Positions 38,521 to 51,236 are shown, numbered from the whole stretch's first letter. The stretch: DNA of 63,178 bases, filler included, from Octopus bimaculoides (GCF_001194135.2; 5 parts of 3 records of this genome joined end to end with filler, not necessarily neighbours in it), one strand, 5' to 3'. Numbers and translations are program-made. The notes: generated by a model from the letters alone, not told the origin.

Positions 38521-39433
38521 AAGGTTCATATCATCGTTGGATCACAACTGAATGTTTCGTCCTCTTGGAATACCTCAGGTGGTGGTTGATCAGCTTGACA
38601 CCAATCAATCCTTTTCTAATAATTGAGTGCACTCTTCTTATAGATAATTAGGAAGATAAGTAGGTAGTTGGTTATGCAGATGACTGTCTAGTCTTTTGTT
38701 ATATATTTAAGACTTCATCGCAGAACGTGTTCTTCTTTTCTTGACACCTGTTTCGATCTAAAGAAATAGGTTTTAAATCTTACCTATAACACTCTCTTAG
38801 TTCTGAGGAGATCAAAATGATCGAAGCACATACATACATACATACATACATACATACATGCATACATACAAACCCTGTTGTTGATGTTGAAATTCCAAGG
38901 AACCTTGGATCTAGCTTAGAAACCGGCTCTTTCTCTATTGGCAAGAAATCTTGAAATAAAACTGAATAATGACATACATACATACATACGTACATACATA
39001 CATACGTACATACATACATACATACATACATACATACATACATACATACATACATGCATACATACATAAGCGTCGATATTTGTCAATTTTCTTTTGAAAA
39101 ACGCACGCCATTTTTGAACGAATGTGTAATTTGCAGGATGTTTGACTTCTATTTCTAGCTCATCGAAGGATCAGGACCGCTGAGAGTGCCCCGCGCCTCT
39201 TTCCTTCGCTCTGTTTAATGGTATGACAGAGAAGTTCGTGAAACGTCCATGTTATGTCTGACATCATCAATGATTCTCGACGATATCTCGTCTTCTCACG
39301 CTACTGTTGATTTAACCTATAATTGTACACGTGTACACGTGTGTGTGTGTTGGCCAGATTCATCAGAAGTGCTCGGCAGCAAAGCCCACTTCCACTGAAA
39401 AACAAATACGAGTTTTCTAGGAGTGTGTGTGTG

Positions 39434-39465
<32 letters not shown>

Positions 39466-40476
39466 AGGGCGCATATATAAACAGGCATGTATGCAGACGC
39501 ACGTATGTATGTACACACACGTATACGCATACATATATACTCATATCTATAATTTCAGAGGTCTCAACCATTAGTGTATAGCAACAACAATACAAAGCAA
39601 GAAAAGAAAGAAAGAAAGAAAGAAAGAAGAAGAAGAAGAAGAAGAAGAAGAAGAAGAAGAAGAAGAAGAAGAAGAAGAAGAAGAAGAAGAAGAAGGTTAA
39701 TTAAGATTAAAAAGCAAAAATAATTCATGAATTACTCGTGATGTGTATGTGTATATATATATATGTGTATATAAGATGGATATATATATGTGTGTGTGTG
39801 GGTGTGTGTGGGTGTGTACGTACATATAAATGTATGTATACACACACATAAATATATGTATGTATACAAATGCAAACACGCATATATTTGTTTCGCAATG
39901 AAAGAAATTACCGGAAGCAGGGTTGCAATTATTACCGATAGCATGTCGGTGCCGATGTCTTTCATAATCGCCTTTTTAATCTATTCTTTCTGTTGCTACT
40001 TCTTTTCTAAATCTTAGTTTAACACTGAGCATTGTATTAATTCTGATGAGATTAAAATGATCGAAACACATATATACATATTTGGTAGTTTATTCTTCGG
40101 ATCAACCCTGTCATTTCTGAACGAATCTTTTCCAAACTTTGCACACATGTCCAAAATCATTTCAAAAGAAAGTATACGGGAAAAAATTCTTGGTTTCGAT
40201 TCCTATCTGCGGTAAAACCAGGAGGATTCAAGAAAAGAGATTTTGGTAGCTATAATAGCGTGGGAGCAGAGAATTATTTGTGTGAGGGAAAGAAAAGTTG
40301 TCAATTTCTGACATCAAAATAAGTTTTTCTTATTCTTTCATTTTTCTCTTTAATTTCGTTCTTTTGTCAACTATTCCTCCTCCTCCTCCCTCTCTCACCT
40401 GCCCTCTCCTTCCATCTCTCTTTCTCACCACATATACGCACGTGTGCTTTGTATAGTATATTCTGGAGCCCTGTGT

Positions 40477-40612
40477 GGAAGCGCAATGGCCCAGTGGTTA
40501 GGGCAGCGGACTCGCGGTCATAGGATCGCGGTTTCGATTCCCAGACCGGGCTTTGTGAGTGTTTATTGATCGAAAACACCTAAATCTCCACGAGGCTCCG
40601 GCAGGGGAACCC
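40477..40612 (+). mobile_element. SINE family D, 5' third only
   Basis: Near-identical to 52347-52480 (GCGCAATGGCCCAGTGGTTAGGGCAGCGGACTCGC...GGTTTCGATTCCCAGACCGGGC) and stops after GGCAGGGGAACCC. Confidence 0.85.
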
Positions 40613-40753
40613 TTGAAATCTACTTAACTTCCAAATTTCTATCATACATTATTAACATGTAATTCATCGAACCTTTGAACTTCCATTATTTTATTATTGC
40701 TGTCAAAACCTGTGGAATACTTGAAGCTTCGTCAAGAAATTTTCTAATGAAAC

Positions 40754-41195
40754 GCGCAAAGGCATAGTAATGTGGTAAGAAGCTTGCTTCCCAACCACAT
40801 GGTTCTAGGTTCAGAACCACTGCGCGGCATTTTGGTCAAGTATTTTCCATTATAGCCCCGAGTTAACAAAAGCCTTGTGAGTGGATTTGGTAGTCGGAAA
40901 CTGATATAAGCGCGTCGTAAATGTGTGTATGTGTGTGTGTGTGTGTGTGTGTGCGCGCGCACATGCGTATGTGTGTTTGTGTGTGCTTGTCTTTGTGTTG
41001 TGTTTGTCGCCCACCATCGTTTGACAACCTGTGTTTGTTTAGGTCCCCGTAACCTAGCAGTTCGGCAAAAGATACCAACGGAATAAATACCAAGCTTTGA
41101 AATAATAAGTAGTGGGATCGATTCGTTCCACTAAATCCTTTCAAGACGATGTTCCATGATGGCTGCAGTCCAAAGACTAAAACAGGCATAAGAAA
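40754..41195 (+). mobile_element. SINE family A, full-length copy
   Basis: Same head, body, internal microsatellite and tail order as 26541-26975. Confidence 0.85.
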
Positions 41196-41336
41196 GACAT
41201 ATATAGCTCAACTCCTGTTTGTTTTTATGTAAAATTATATATGAAAATAAACAGTAAATTGAAGGATCACACAATAGCTATTACACACACACACACACAC
41301 ACACAAACCACACACACACAAACCACACACACACAC

Positions 41337-41721
41337 TTTTTTACTTTTTTCAGACTATGGTCATGCTGGGCACCGCCTTGAATTTTCAGTCGAATGAATC
41401 GCCCCCAGTACTTATCTTTTAAATCTGGTACTTATTCTCTCGGTCTCTTTTACCGAATTGCTAAGTTAAGGGGACGTAAACATACCAACACATTCTTAAG
41501 TGGTGGTGGGAGATAAACACAGACACAAACACACACACGTTTATATATCATACACACACAATAGGCTTCTTTCAGTTTCCGTCTACCAAATCCACTTACA
41601 TGGCTTTGGTTGGCCCGTGGCAGTAGCAGAAAACGCTCGCCCAAGGACCCACGCAGTGGGACTGAATCCGGAACCATGTGGTTGGGAAGCAAGCTTCTTA
41701 CTACACAGCCACGATTGCACC
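41337..41721 (-). mobile_element. SINE family A, full-length copy, inverted relative to 40754-41195
   Basis: Tail TTTTTACTTTTTTCAGAC...CATGCTGGGCACCGCC through to head GCAAGCTTCTTACTACACAGCCAC. Confidence 0.85.
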
Positions 41722-42850
41722 CATATATAAATAATCTATTACATATGTGGAAAATCGGTGTGTGGTTGTCTGTGGCGTTGTTAGCTAACTCTTCCTACAT
41801 TGTTTTATCGATTTTGATGAAACTTGATATGTAAGTAGAACTCATGTCTGGAAACCTAGTGACATACTTAGATTGTTGAACAAATCGATAATAGGGTCCT
41901 TGGAATGGAGTCTTATACTACATATAACTAATATATTATTTTTAGACATCCAAGGGAAATAACCCATTCGCTCTTGAAAGGGATCCTTATATATAGCCAA
42001 GGGAAATAGACCATTCATGTTCGCAAATTATTTTGTACAAATCAAATTGAGTATGCTTATTTCTTAGTATTTGAACTATTTGAGTTGTTTTAGCAATTTA
42101 TCCAGAACAACGCTTAAACAAGTAAATAGTATTTTACTAAACAATAGATCCACTTATTTTGGTTAGTGACTTATTCACGAATATACCAACACTAGCGCTG
42201 CTGAGGGTAATATTCTCTGCGAACACACAAAAGCTTTTTCCAGAGTTATTTACTTTGAATTGTTATTATCTCATATCTGATTAGCCTGCTATTACGTAAC
42301 ATGCTTCACGATTTTAGTATACATACCTTATTAGTATTTCCTCCTATGTTCTATATACTCTGAGAATGCATTAAAGCTCTTTTCGGGGCTACTTTATTTG
42401 AATTCTTACTATCGGGTAACCAATTTCATGTTATTACATAACTGACTTCATAAATGGGTATTCATAACTTATTGTGAATTCCTAAAAACAAGATCCTGTG
42501 TAAGACAGTTCGGTATTCTCAATAAATACACAAAAACCGTTGTAAGGGCTACATACTCGGTATTGTTGTTACTGGATTAACGAAACAATTATGAGAATGT
42601 AACCAAGGGATAAGCCCTATTTCCCCGGTTTTATATATATGTATATATATATATATATATATATNNNNNNNNNNNNNNNNNNNNNNNNNNNNNNNNNNNN
42701 NNNNNNNNNNNNNNNNNNNNNNNNNNNNNNNNNACATATATAAACATACATATATATATATATACATATATATACACATATTTATGCATATATGCAAGTG
42801 CATATATGAATGTAGATGTGCATGTGTGCTTGTATATATGTATGTATATA

Positions 42851-43029
42851 TTTTTTCACTTGCTTCAGTCATTTGACTGCGGCCATGCTAGAGCACCAGC
42901 TTTAGTCGAACAAATCGACCCCATTAGTAATTCTTTGTAAGCCTAGTATTTATTCTATCAGTATCTTTTACCGAACCGCTAATTTACGGGGACGTAAACA
43001 CATCAACATCGGTTATCTCAAGCGATGGT

Positions 43030-43107
<78 letters not shown>

Positions 43108-43356
43108 NNNNNNNNNNNNNNNNNNNNNNNNNNNNNNNNNNNNNNNNNNNNNNNNNNNNNNNNNNNNNNNNNNNNATATATATATATATATATATATACG
43201 ACAGGCTTCTTTCAGTTTTCGTCTACCAAATCCACTCACGAGGCTTTGGTCGGCCCGAGGTTATGGCAGAAGACGTTTGCTCAAGGTGGCACACAGTGGA
43301 ACTGAACCCGGAGCCATGTGGTCGCTAAGCAAGCTTCTTGCTACACAACCACTGCT
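42851..43356 (-). mobile_element. SINE family A copy with a gap inside its internal microsatellite
   Basis: Tail TGCTTCAGTCATTTGACTGCGGCCATGC, gap in the (CA)/(TA) tract, head GCAAGCTTCTTGCTACACAACCAC. Confidence 0.85.
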
Positions 43357-43478
43357 ATGTTTATATATCACAAATGTGCTAGCACGAGTGTGTTAGTATG
43401 ACTATGTATATACCTATATGTACATATATATAAAATACGTATACATACAGACATACATATATGCACACACACACACAC

Positions 43479-43526
<48 letters not shown>

Positions 43527-44394
43527 ACACATACACACATATATATGTATATGTATATATCGAAGCTGTACTAATCTGACATGTAGCTTTTATGACATCA
43601 TGTGTTTAGACTAAAACAATTTCAACTTGGTAGAGTCATGGCGGCCATTAGAACACACAGACACCATTATTATAATTTTATTTTGTAATAAAATGTATAT
43701 TATTAGGTATTAAAGTGTTTCGTCGTCTATCAATGCCTTGGTCACTAACACTTCATCTTTATTTCCCAGTAAAATATGAATGACTCGGCAGCCAGTAACT
43801 TTCTCACACAATAATATATGGTTATTACAAAATAACGATAAAATATAAGAGGATGTAACAGTGTTTGTCTATTTTAATTGCTGCAATAATACTACAATGA
43901 TGTAATTATATATATATATATATATATNNNNNNNNNNNNNNNNNNNNNNNNNNNNNNNNNNNNNNNNNNNNNNNNNNNNNNNNNNNNNNNNNNNNNNNNN
44001 NNNNNNNNNNNNNNNNNNNNNNNNNNNNNNNNNNNNNNNNNNNNNNNNNNNNNNNNNNNNNNNNNNNNNNNNNNNNNNNNNNNNNNNNNNNNNNNNNNNN
44101 NNNNNNNNNNNNNNNNNNNNNNNNNNNNNNNNNNNNNNNNNNNNNNNNNNNNNNNNNNNNNNNNNNNNNNNNNNNNNNNNNNNNNNNNNNNNNNNNNNNN
44201 NNNNNNNNNNNNNNNNNNNNNNNNNNNNNNNNNNNNNNNNNNNNNNNNNNNNNNNNNNNNNNNNNNNNNNNNNNNNNNNNNNNNNNTATATATATATATA
44301 TATACACATATATATATATACACACACACACACACAAATATGCATATGTGTGTGTATGTGTGTGTGTAGGTGTAGGTGTGCGTGTGTGTGTGTG

Positions 44395-44640
44395 AACGAA
44401 ACCTATCCCAAAAGAATCGAACTTTTTATATATTAAAAAAATATGAAGTTAACCTTTTCATCAAACTTGTTTTTCCAAACTAGTTCTATCCAATGCAGTT
44501 ACCCTGCCCGAAATATTGTTTCCATGATTTGCTAAGCGCCTTGGAATACATTTTGAGAGGTAAAGTGAATGCTTGTAGTGAATGCTTTCGATTTCTTCCG
44601 TAACCGACCTTTTCTCAGTTCCTGGAAAGAAGAGAAAAAA
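44395..44640 (-). mobile_element. Highly decayed mariner 3' end (tentative)
   Basis: The minus strand reads TLPLKMYSKALSKSWKQYFGQGNCIG, loosely like the mariner C-terminal helix, next to a TIR-like CTATCCCAAAAG. Confidence 0.35.
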
Positions 44641-44760
44641 AAGCTATTAGAGGTTAAAATCCGAATTTAGTGTTGCTTGGAGACGAGTGTCGTTTCGTGA
44701 TTTGCAACTGACCTCAATTTCGTACATAGTACCTGTTTCCTCTCTATGTCGATTGTTAGG

Positions 44761-45070
44761 CAAATGTTTTCTCGGGCTGACCAAGCCTTGTGAGTGGATT
44801 TGGTAGATGGAAATCGAAAGAAGCTCGTTGTAAATATATATAAGCGTGTGTGTGTGTGTGTCTTTGTGTCTATTTTTGTTCCCCACAACCGCTTGACAAC
44901 TGGTGCTGATGTGTTTACGCCCCGTAACCTTGTGGTTCGGTCAAAGAGAGTGATATAATAAGTACCAGGCTTAATAAAAAAAGTCCTGGGGTCGATTTAT
45001 TCGGCTACAACGCCCCCCAAAGCGATGCCCTAGTATGGGCGCGGTCTGGAATAAGTAAAAGAAAAAAAAG
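44761..45070 (+). mobile_element. SINE family A copy lacking a recognisable head
   Basis: GACCAAGCCTTGTGAGTGGATTTGGTAGATGGAAA...GTCCTGGGGTCGATTT...GAATAAGTAAAAG. Confidence 0.8.
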
Positions 45071-45459
45071 TAACTAACCTCCTTTTGATCTTGTTTACCT
45101 CTTGTTTACCAATTTTATCTCCCTTGGTGCCATCACCTCTACTTTAGCAACCTCCACAATCTTCCCTCATGTCTTTCATGTTACCCTCCTCTCCACTACA
45201 TCTGTTACCTAGCTTCCCCTTGAAGCTATATATTGATAAACACTATTCTGAACTATGCTATTCGCCTTGAAACATCTGATGAGGATAACATGATGTCATT
45301 CCATGGGTCTATAAAAGTTTGCTATTCCAAACACCTATAATATTATGGGACTAGTTACATATATATATAAGGCATCTGCCAGAGATGCTATGTAGTGGGA
45401 CTGAACTTGAAAACAAGTTGTTGGGAAGTAAACTTTTTAACCATACAGCCACGCCTGCG

Positions 45460-45500
<41 letters not shown>

Positions 45501-46200
45501 NNNNNNNNNNNNNNNNNNNNNNNNNNNNNNNNNNNNNNNNNNNNNNNNNNNNNNNNNNNNNNNNNNNNNNNNNNNNNNNNNNNNNNNNNNNNNNNNNNNN
45601 NNNNNNNNNNNNNNNNNNNNNNNNNNNNNNNNNNNNNNNNNNNNNNNNNNNNNNNNNNNNNNNNNNNNNNNNNNNNNNNNNNNNNNNNNNNNNNNNNNNN
45701 NNNNNNNNNNNNNNNNNNNNNNNNNNNNNNNNNNNNNNNNNNNNNNNNNNNNNNNNNNNNNNNNNNNNNNNNNNNNNNNNNNNNNNNNNNNNNNNNNNNN
45801 NNNNNNNNNNNNNNNNNNNNNNNNNNNNNNNNNNNNNNNNNNNNNNNNNNNNNNNNNNNNNNNNNNNNNNNNNNTATATACATACACATATATACACATA
45901 TATATACACATGTATGTATATATATGTATATGTGTGCGTATACAGACATGCATGTATATATTTACTTATTTTCACTCTGTTTTCTCCCTTTCAAAGACTT
46001 CTCGCCCACCTCTTCATTTCACTGAGATTCACATTAAAATCAATTATGCGTGCAAAGAAATAGGTCTCCCTCCGCCAGTCATTGTTTGTCCGAAACAGTT
46101 GTAAAGATTAGACTGTTACATCATTCCTTTTGTTTCTTTTGTTAAGTTGTAATTGTAACTTTCTATGCAGATACCTTAGTTTATGTGTCTATTTTACTTT

Positions 46201-46291
<91 letters not shown>

Positions 46292-46511
46292 GTCTGTCTG
46301 TCTGTCTGTCTGTCTGTGTATCTGTCTGTCTCTGTGTCTCTCCCTCCTCCCTCCCCCTCTCTCTCTCACTTTCTCTCACTCTTTCTCTTTCTCTCTCTCT
46401 TTCTCTTTCTCNNNNNNNNNNNNNNNNNNNNNNNNNNNNNNNNNNNNNNNNNNNNTTAATTAATTAANNNNNNNNNNNNNNNNNNNNNNNNNNNNNNNNN
46501 NNNNNNNNNNN

Positions 46512-47068
46512 AGTTCGATGAAAAGCGATTACCCAACTTTTGTACGAAAATTCTCGTCAAACAAGGGAACTGGCAGAGAAAATGGAATGCTCCCACACTG
46601 CTATAGAGAAGCATCTTCACTCAGTGAAAAAAGTTCAGAAGTATGGAGCATGGGTTCCGCATGCTTTAAGTGACAACAACAAAGTCAACGAGCCACAATT
46701 CCCGCTGGTTTGCTTGCTCGTCACCGCTCAACTCATGGACACAAGCAACGATTTCTTTACCGAATCGTTACAGGCGACGAAAAATGGTGCCTGTACATCA
46801 ATATGAAGCATCGCAAGGAATGGCTTAACCCCGGTAAACAAGCCACCCCGCGCGAACAAGATCTTCATCTGCGTAAAACGATGTTGTGCGTATGGTGGGA
46901 CCGGGAAGGGATTATCCACTACGAATTGCTTGAACGGAACCAACCGGTCAACGCTGAACTCTATGTTCAACAGATGGAATGACTCAACATGGCTATTCAA
47001 GAGAAAAGACCTAATCGGCAGCATGGAGTTCTTCGGCTGCACGACAACGCCCGCCCTCATATCGCTTA
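46512..47068 (+). mobile_element. Mariner transposase pseudogene fragment, both ends in gaps
   Basis: GAWVPHALSDNNK linker, YRIVTGDEKWCLY (first D), TMLCVWWDREGIIHYELL and LHDNARPHIA (second D). A frameshift and an in-frame stop at about 46980 are present. Confidence 0.92.
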
Positions 47069-47694
47069 TATNNNNNNNNNNNNNNNNNNNNNNNNNNNNN
47101 NNNNNNNNNNNNNNNNNNNNNNNNNNNNNNNNNNNNNNNNNNNNNNNNNNNNNNNNNNNNNNNNNNNNNNNNNNNNNNNNNNNNNNNNNNNNNNNNNNNN
47201 NNNNNNNNNNNNNNNNNNNNNNNNNNNNNNNNNNNNNNNNNNNNNNNNNNNNNNNNNNNNNNNNNNNNNNNNNNNNNNNNNNNNNNNNNNNNNNNNNNNN
47301 NNNNNNNNNNNNNNNNNNNNNNNNNNNNNNNNNNNNNNNNNNNNNNNNNNNNNNNNNNNNNNNNNNNNNNNNNNNNNNNNNNNNNNNNNNNNNNNNNNNN
47401 NNNNNNNNNNNNNNNNNNNNNNNNNNNNNNNNNNNNNNNNNNNNNNNNNNNNNNNNNNNNNNNNNNNNNNNNNNNNNNNNNNNNNNNNNNNNNNNNNNNN
47501 NNNNNNNNNNNNNNNNNNNNNNNNNNNNNNNNNNNNNNNNNNNNNNNNNNNNNNNNNNNNNNNNNNNNNNNNNNNNNNNNNNNNNNNNNNNNNNNNNNNN
47601 NNNNNNNNNNNNNNNNNNNNNNNNNNNNNNNNNNNNNNNNNNNNNNNNNNNNNNNNNNNNNNNNNNNNNNNNNNNNNNNNNNNNNNNATATATA

Positions 47695-48030
47695 TATGGA
47701 GATATAGTTATAATGCAACGCATGACTAAGATATATCATTGAATGCATTTTATCATCATATGACAGTTCGCTGGAAAAGGGATACATGTAAGCTATGAGT
47801 ACCCTGCTTCAGTTATTTGGCTTTGGTTACAAACGTTGCATTTACTGGCTTTAGGAATGAGAGTTGCCTCTGGCAGCTTTGGATTCTACTTATGGTGATC
47901 AGCTTTACTCAATCTCAATAATTTGGACTTAACGTGTTGCTGTTCCGAGAGAATACTTGCATATATCGTAACTATTATGAGGATTTTCTTGTGATCTATG
48001 TTCCAGTAACAATTCTACCCTTATGTTTAA
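47695..48030 (+). repeat. Interspersed repeat copy 1 (TA-bounded), direct repeat of 48618-48925
   Basis: Shared blocks TAAGATATA..ATTGAATGCA, TATGACA.TTCGCTGGAAAA, TGGATTCTACTTA..TGATCAGCTTTACTCAA, GAGAATACTTGCATATA, TTGTGATCTAT..TCCAGTAA.AATTCTACCC.TATGTTT. Confidence 0.85.
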
Positions 48031-48617
48031 AATATAAATGTTATAATTTGACCTGATACCAGATTTATATGTACTTATGAATGTGTATGTATACCAATAT
48101 ATTCGTCTCGTCTTTGAGACGCACTGTCTAATTTTGCGTGTATATTGTATATTTTATTTTGTTTGTATATTCACGTTTGTGTCATGTTTGTTTTCATTAC
48201 AGTCCAAACGTTCGCTCAGTATTCCCAGCAGCTTCTCACGGCTGACGCCACCAAAAGAGAACAATAATATCGTTAAAGGCGTGTAATTACACGCCTTTAA
48301 CTATATCGTGTGAGATCTTTTGGATCTTTTTGGCGATAACTGACGAGGAATAAAGCAATGTCCCGTCTCGTGTGTCAATTTTCCGTTTGTTCTTTAAGCT
48401 TCTGCTTAAATTTTGGAACTTATTGTATATTTGTGCAGGGAGTGCGTGTGCATATGTGTGCATCGATGTTTGTGTGTTTGTTTGTGTGTTTCTTCGTGTG
48501 TGTTTGTGTGAATGTGTGTATGTCTGTGAATGTGTGTATGAATGTGTGTGTGAATGTGTGTGTGAATGTGTGTGTGTACGGTAGGAGTACCACTTATATA
48601 CATATCTATATATATAT

Positions 48618-48922
48618 ATGGACATATAGCGATGATGCGATGCTTGATTAAGATATATTATTGAATGCAAATAAACTAGATGTTCATATATTTCATTCAT
48701 TTCTATGACAATTCGCTGGAAAATGAGAGTTACCCATGACAGCTCTGGATTCTACTTACAATGATCAGCTTTACTCAAAACCAAAAATTGGGGCTTACTG
48801 TATAACTATTCCAGGAGAATACTTGCATATACCGTAATCATTATGAGGATTCTGGATTCTTCAACTGGTCTTTTATCGACCTATTGTGATCTATACTCCA
48901 GTAATAATTCTACCCCTATGTT

Positions 48923-48925
<3 letters not shown>
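48618..48925 (+). repeat. Interspersed repeat copy 2 (TA-bounded)
   Basis: Same blocks as 47695-48030, with different indels. Confidence 0.85.
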
Positions 48926-48961
<36 letters not shown>

Positions 48962-49270
48962 CAAACCCGCGTTTGTTTACAAGTATTATATGTAGTTCTA
49001 AACAGTTAGTATCTATTTATAAAATTTTACTGAAATTTATGAGTCAATGTTCTGGTTCAATCGTATGCGCAAGGAGCCATGTTAGCATTGATTTGTGGGT
49101 TCGATTCTAGCTGGAGTTAGTTCATCCTTTTTCAGTCAATTGTTTCGATAAATATCGTTTTAATCGGAGTATATATATCATTATTATTATATATTATCAC
49201 ATAGTTACTATTGTATAAAAATGACTTTAGTAGTCGCTTTTTTGTTCGGTGTGTGTGTGTGTGTGTGTGT

Positions 49271-49443
49271 GTTTGTCCTTCCCCCATTGCTTAACAACTG
49301 ACCCCCGTGACTTAGCGGTTCGGTAACAAAGCCGATAGAATACGTACTAGGTTTTAGTCGATTTCTTCGACTAAAAGATGTTAAGGCGGTGCTCCAGCAT
49401 GGCCGCAGTCAAATGATTGAAACTAGTAAGAGAATAAAAGAAC
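49271..49443 (+). mobile_element. SINE family A, 3' half
   Basis: CCCCGTGACTTAGCGGTTCGG...GGCGGTGCTCCAGCATGGCCGCAGTCAAATGATTGAAAC. Confidence 0.85.
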
Positions 49444-49446
49444 ATA

Positions 49447-50177
49447 CAGGGTATTTCCAAAAATTTTATATCATTTCGCAATCAAATAACTTTGATAGTT
49501 CTTGTTGAAATAACTTGAAATTTTAACAGCATGTATAGAAACAGGTCAACATTTTATGTTTAATGATTCATACGTTTATCTTTCCAGGTATATAAATGGC
49601 ATTCACTGGAAGAAAAAAAGGCGTGTTGTGTGTTGGAGTATGCTCGAACACAGTCGAACAAGAATGTGCAGCGTGCATTTGTGAAAGAGTACTCTAAAAA
49701 GTCACCAACAGATCTAGACATGGCACAAAAAAGAGGATGGCTATCTGTGCAGGGTAAAAGGATCTGGGCGACCACTAACATCGGAAGAGTCGGTCGAGCA
49801 GGTTCGCCAAAATTTCTCTTGCGAAGCCTCAAGAAGTCCATAAGAAGAACAAGTCTGGGAAACCAGCTTCCTCCAAATCTAGAAGAATTCGAGCAGAGAA
49901 CCACTACCGCACTAGAGACTGTTACCCAAGATATGCTGCAGCGTGTCTGGGAGAAGCTGGACTACTGACTTGACGTGTGCCGTGTCTCAGGTGGTACGCA
50001 TATTGAATACTTGTGAAATCGTTCATGAAATCCACATACCTTTGAATTTCTCATTTAAATTTGGAAGAATTATCTTATGCTGCTGAACATTAAGCCTATT
50101 TGGTTTCATTTATTTTCACTATGTAGTTTCTGTGATATTTACATCCCAAACGATATCAAAGTTTTCGAAACCCCTTC
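49447..50177 (+). mobile_element. Internally deleted Tc1/mariner element of rosa (DD41D)-like type
   Basis: Imperfect TIRs TA|CAGGGTATTTCCAAAATTTTATATC ... GATATCAAAGTTTTCGAAACCCCTTC|TA. The N-terminus CVLEYARTQSNKNVQRAFVKEYSKKSPT is joined to the C-terminus LPPNLEEFEQRTTTALETVTQDMLQRVWEKLDY*LDVCRVSGGTHIEYL*. The catalytic domain is absent. Confidence 0.75.
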
Positions 50178-50558
50178 TAGATATATATATATATATATAC
50201 TCGTTCATGCATCAGTCTTTCTTGGGCAACTCCTCCACAGTGCTCTATTAGAAACCATCATCATTGTACATGCCGACTGAATCCCGAAGCATTACCGACG
50301 AAGATTATGAGTATTACCTAAATATCTGTTGGCTCGGCTTTGAAGAACCCACATTGAGGTTTTCTCCTGCAACATTCTTATCCTAGGTCCATGATTGCAG
50401 AGCTGTAACCTGTCAATACGGAGAAGTAGCCGCTGGGCCTGGAGAGTCTCCGAGTCAACCACCATGCGAGTAACATTATTCCAGAGATCATTCGGAGGAA
50501 TGCTTTTTTGGCCAATTGTATTCGCGATTATAGTATTTGTGTATGTGTGTGTGTGTGT

Positions 50559-50598
<40 letters not shown>

Positions 50599-50833
50599 NN
50601 NNNNNNNNNNNNNNNNNNNNNNNNNNNNNNNNNNNNNNNNNNNNNNNNNNNNNNNNNNNNNNNNNNNNNNNNNNNNNNNNNNNNNNNNNNNNNNNNNNNN
50701 NNNNNNNNNNNNNNNNNNNNNNNNNNNNNNNNNNNNNNNNNNNNNNNNNNNNNNNNNNNNNNNNNNNNNNNNNNNNNNNNNNNNNNNNNNNNNNNNNNNN
50801 NNNNNNNNNNNNNNNNNNNNNNNNNNNNNNNNN

Positions 50834-50888
<55 letters not shown>

Positions 50889-51176
50889 TATGTACGAATA
50901 TATGTATGTAATATTGATCAACAAGCGCAGGCTTCATCTAGAAGACGCTCAAATCGATTCAATGTACATGCTTATACATATTCATACATAGATACACATA
51001 CATCCTTACAAACATAAAGGCCCACACCCACACCCACACACATACACACATACACACACATATGTATCATTATATTCGTATGCATATTTATTAATATATT
51101 TATACGTGTGTGTGTGTATCTGTGTGTATTTACGTGCGTGTTGAGTGCTTGTGTATGTATGTGTGTGTGATATACA

Positions 51177-51236
<60 letters not shown>

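Noticed and set aside
45277-45315. CTGATGAG hammerhead-like start
   Set aside because: No GAAA after a stem II and no valid stem III or cleavage triplet.
50292-50520. Minus-strand peptide with QRLLLRI resembling Gypsy RNase H
   Set aside because: It rests on one short motif, with no LTR, RT or integrase nearby.
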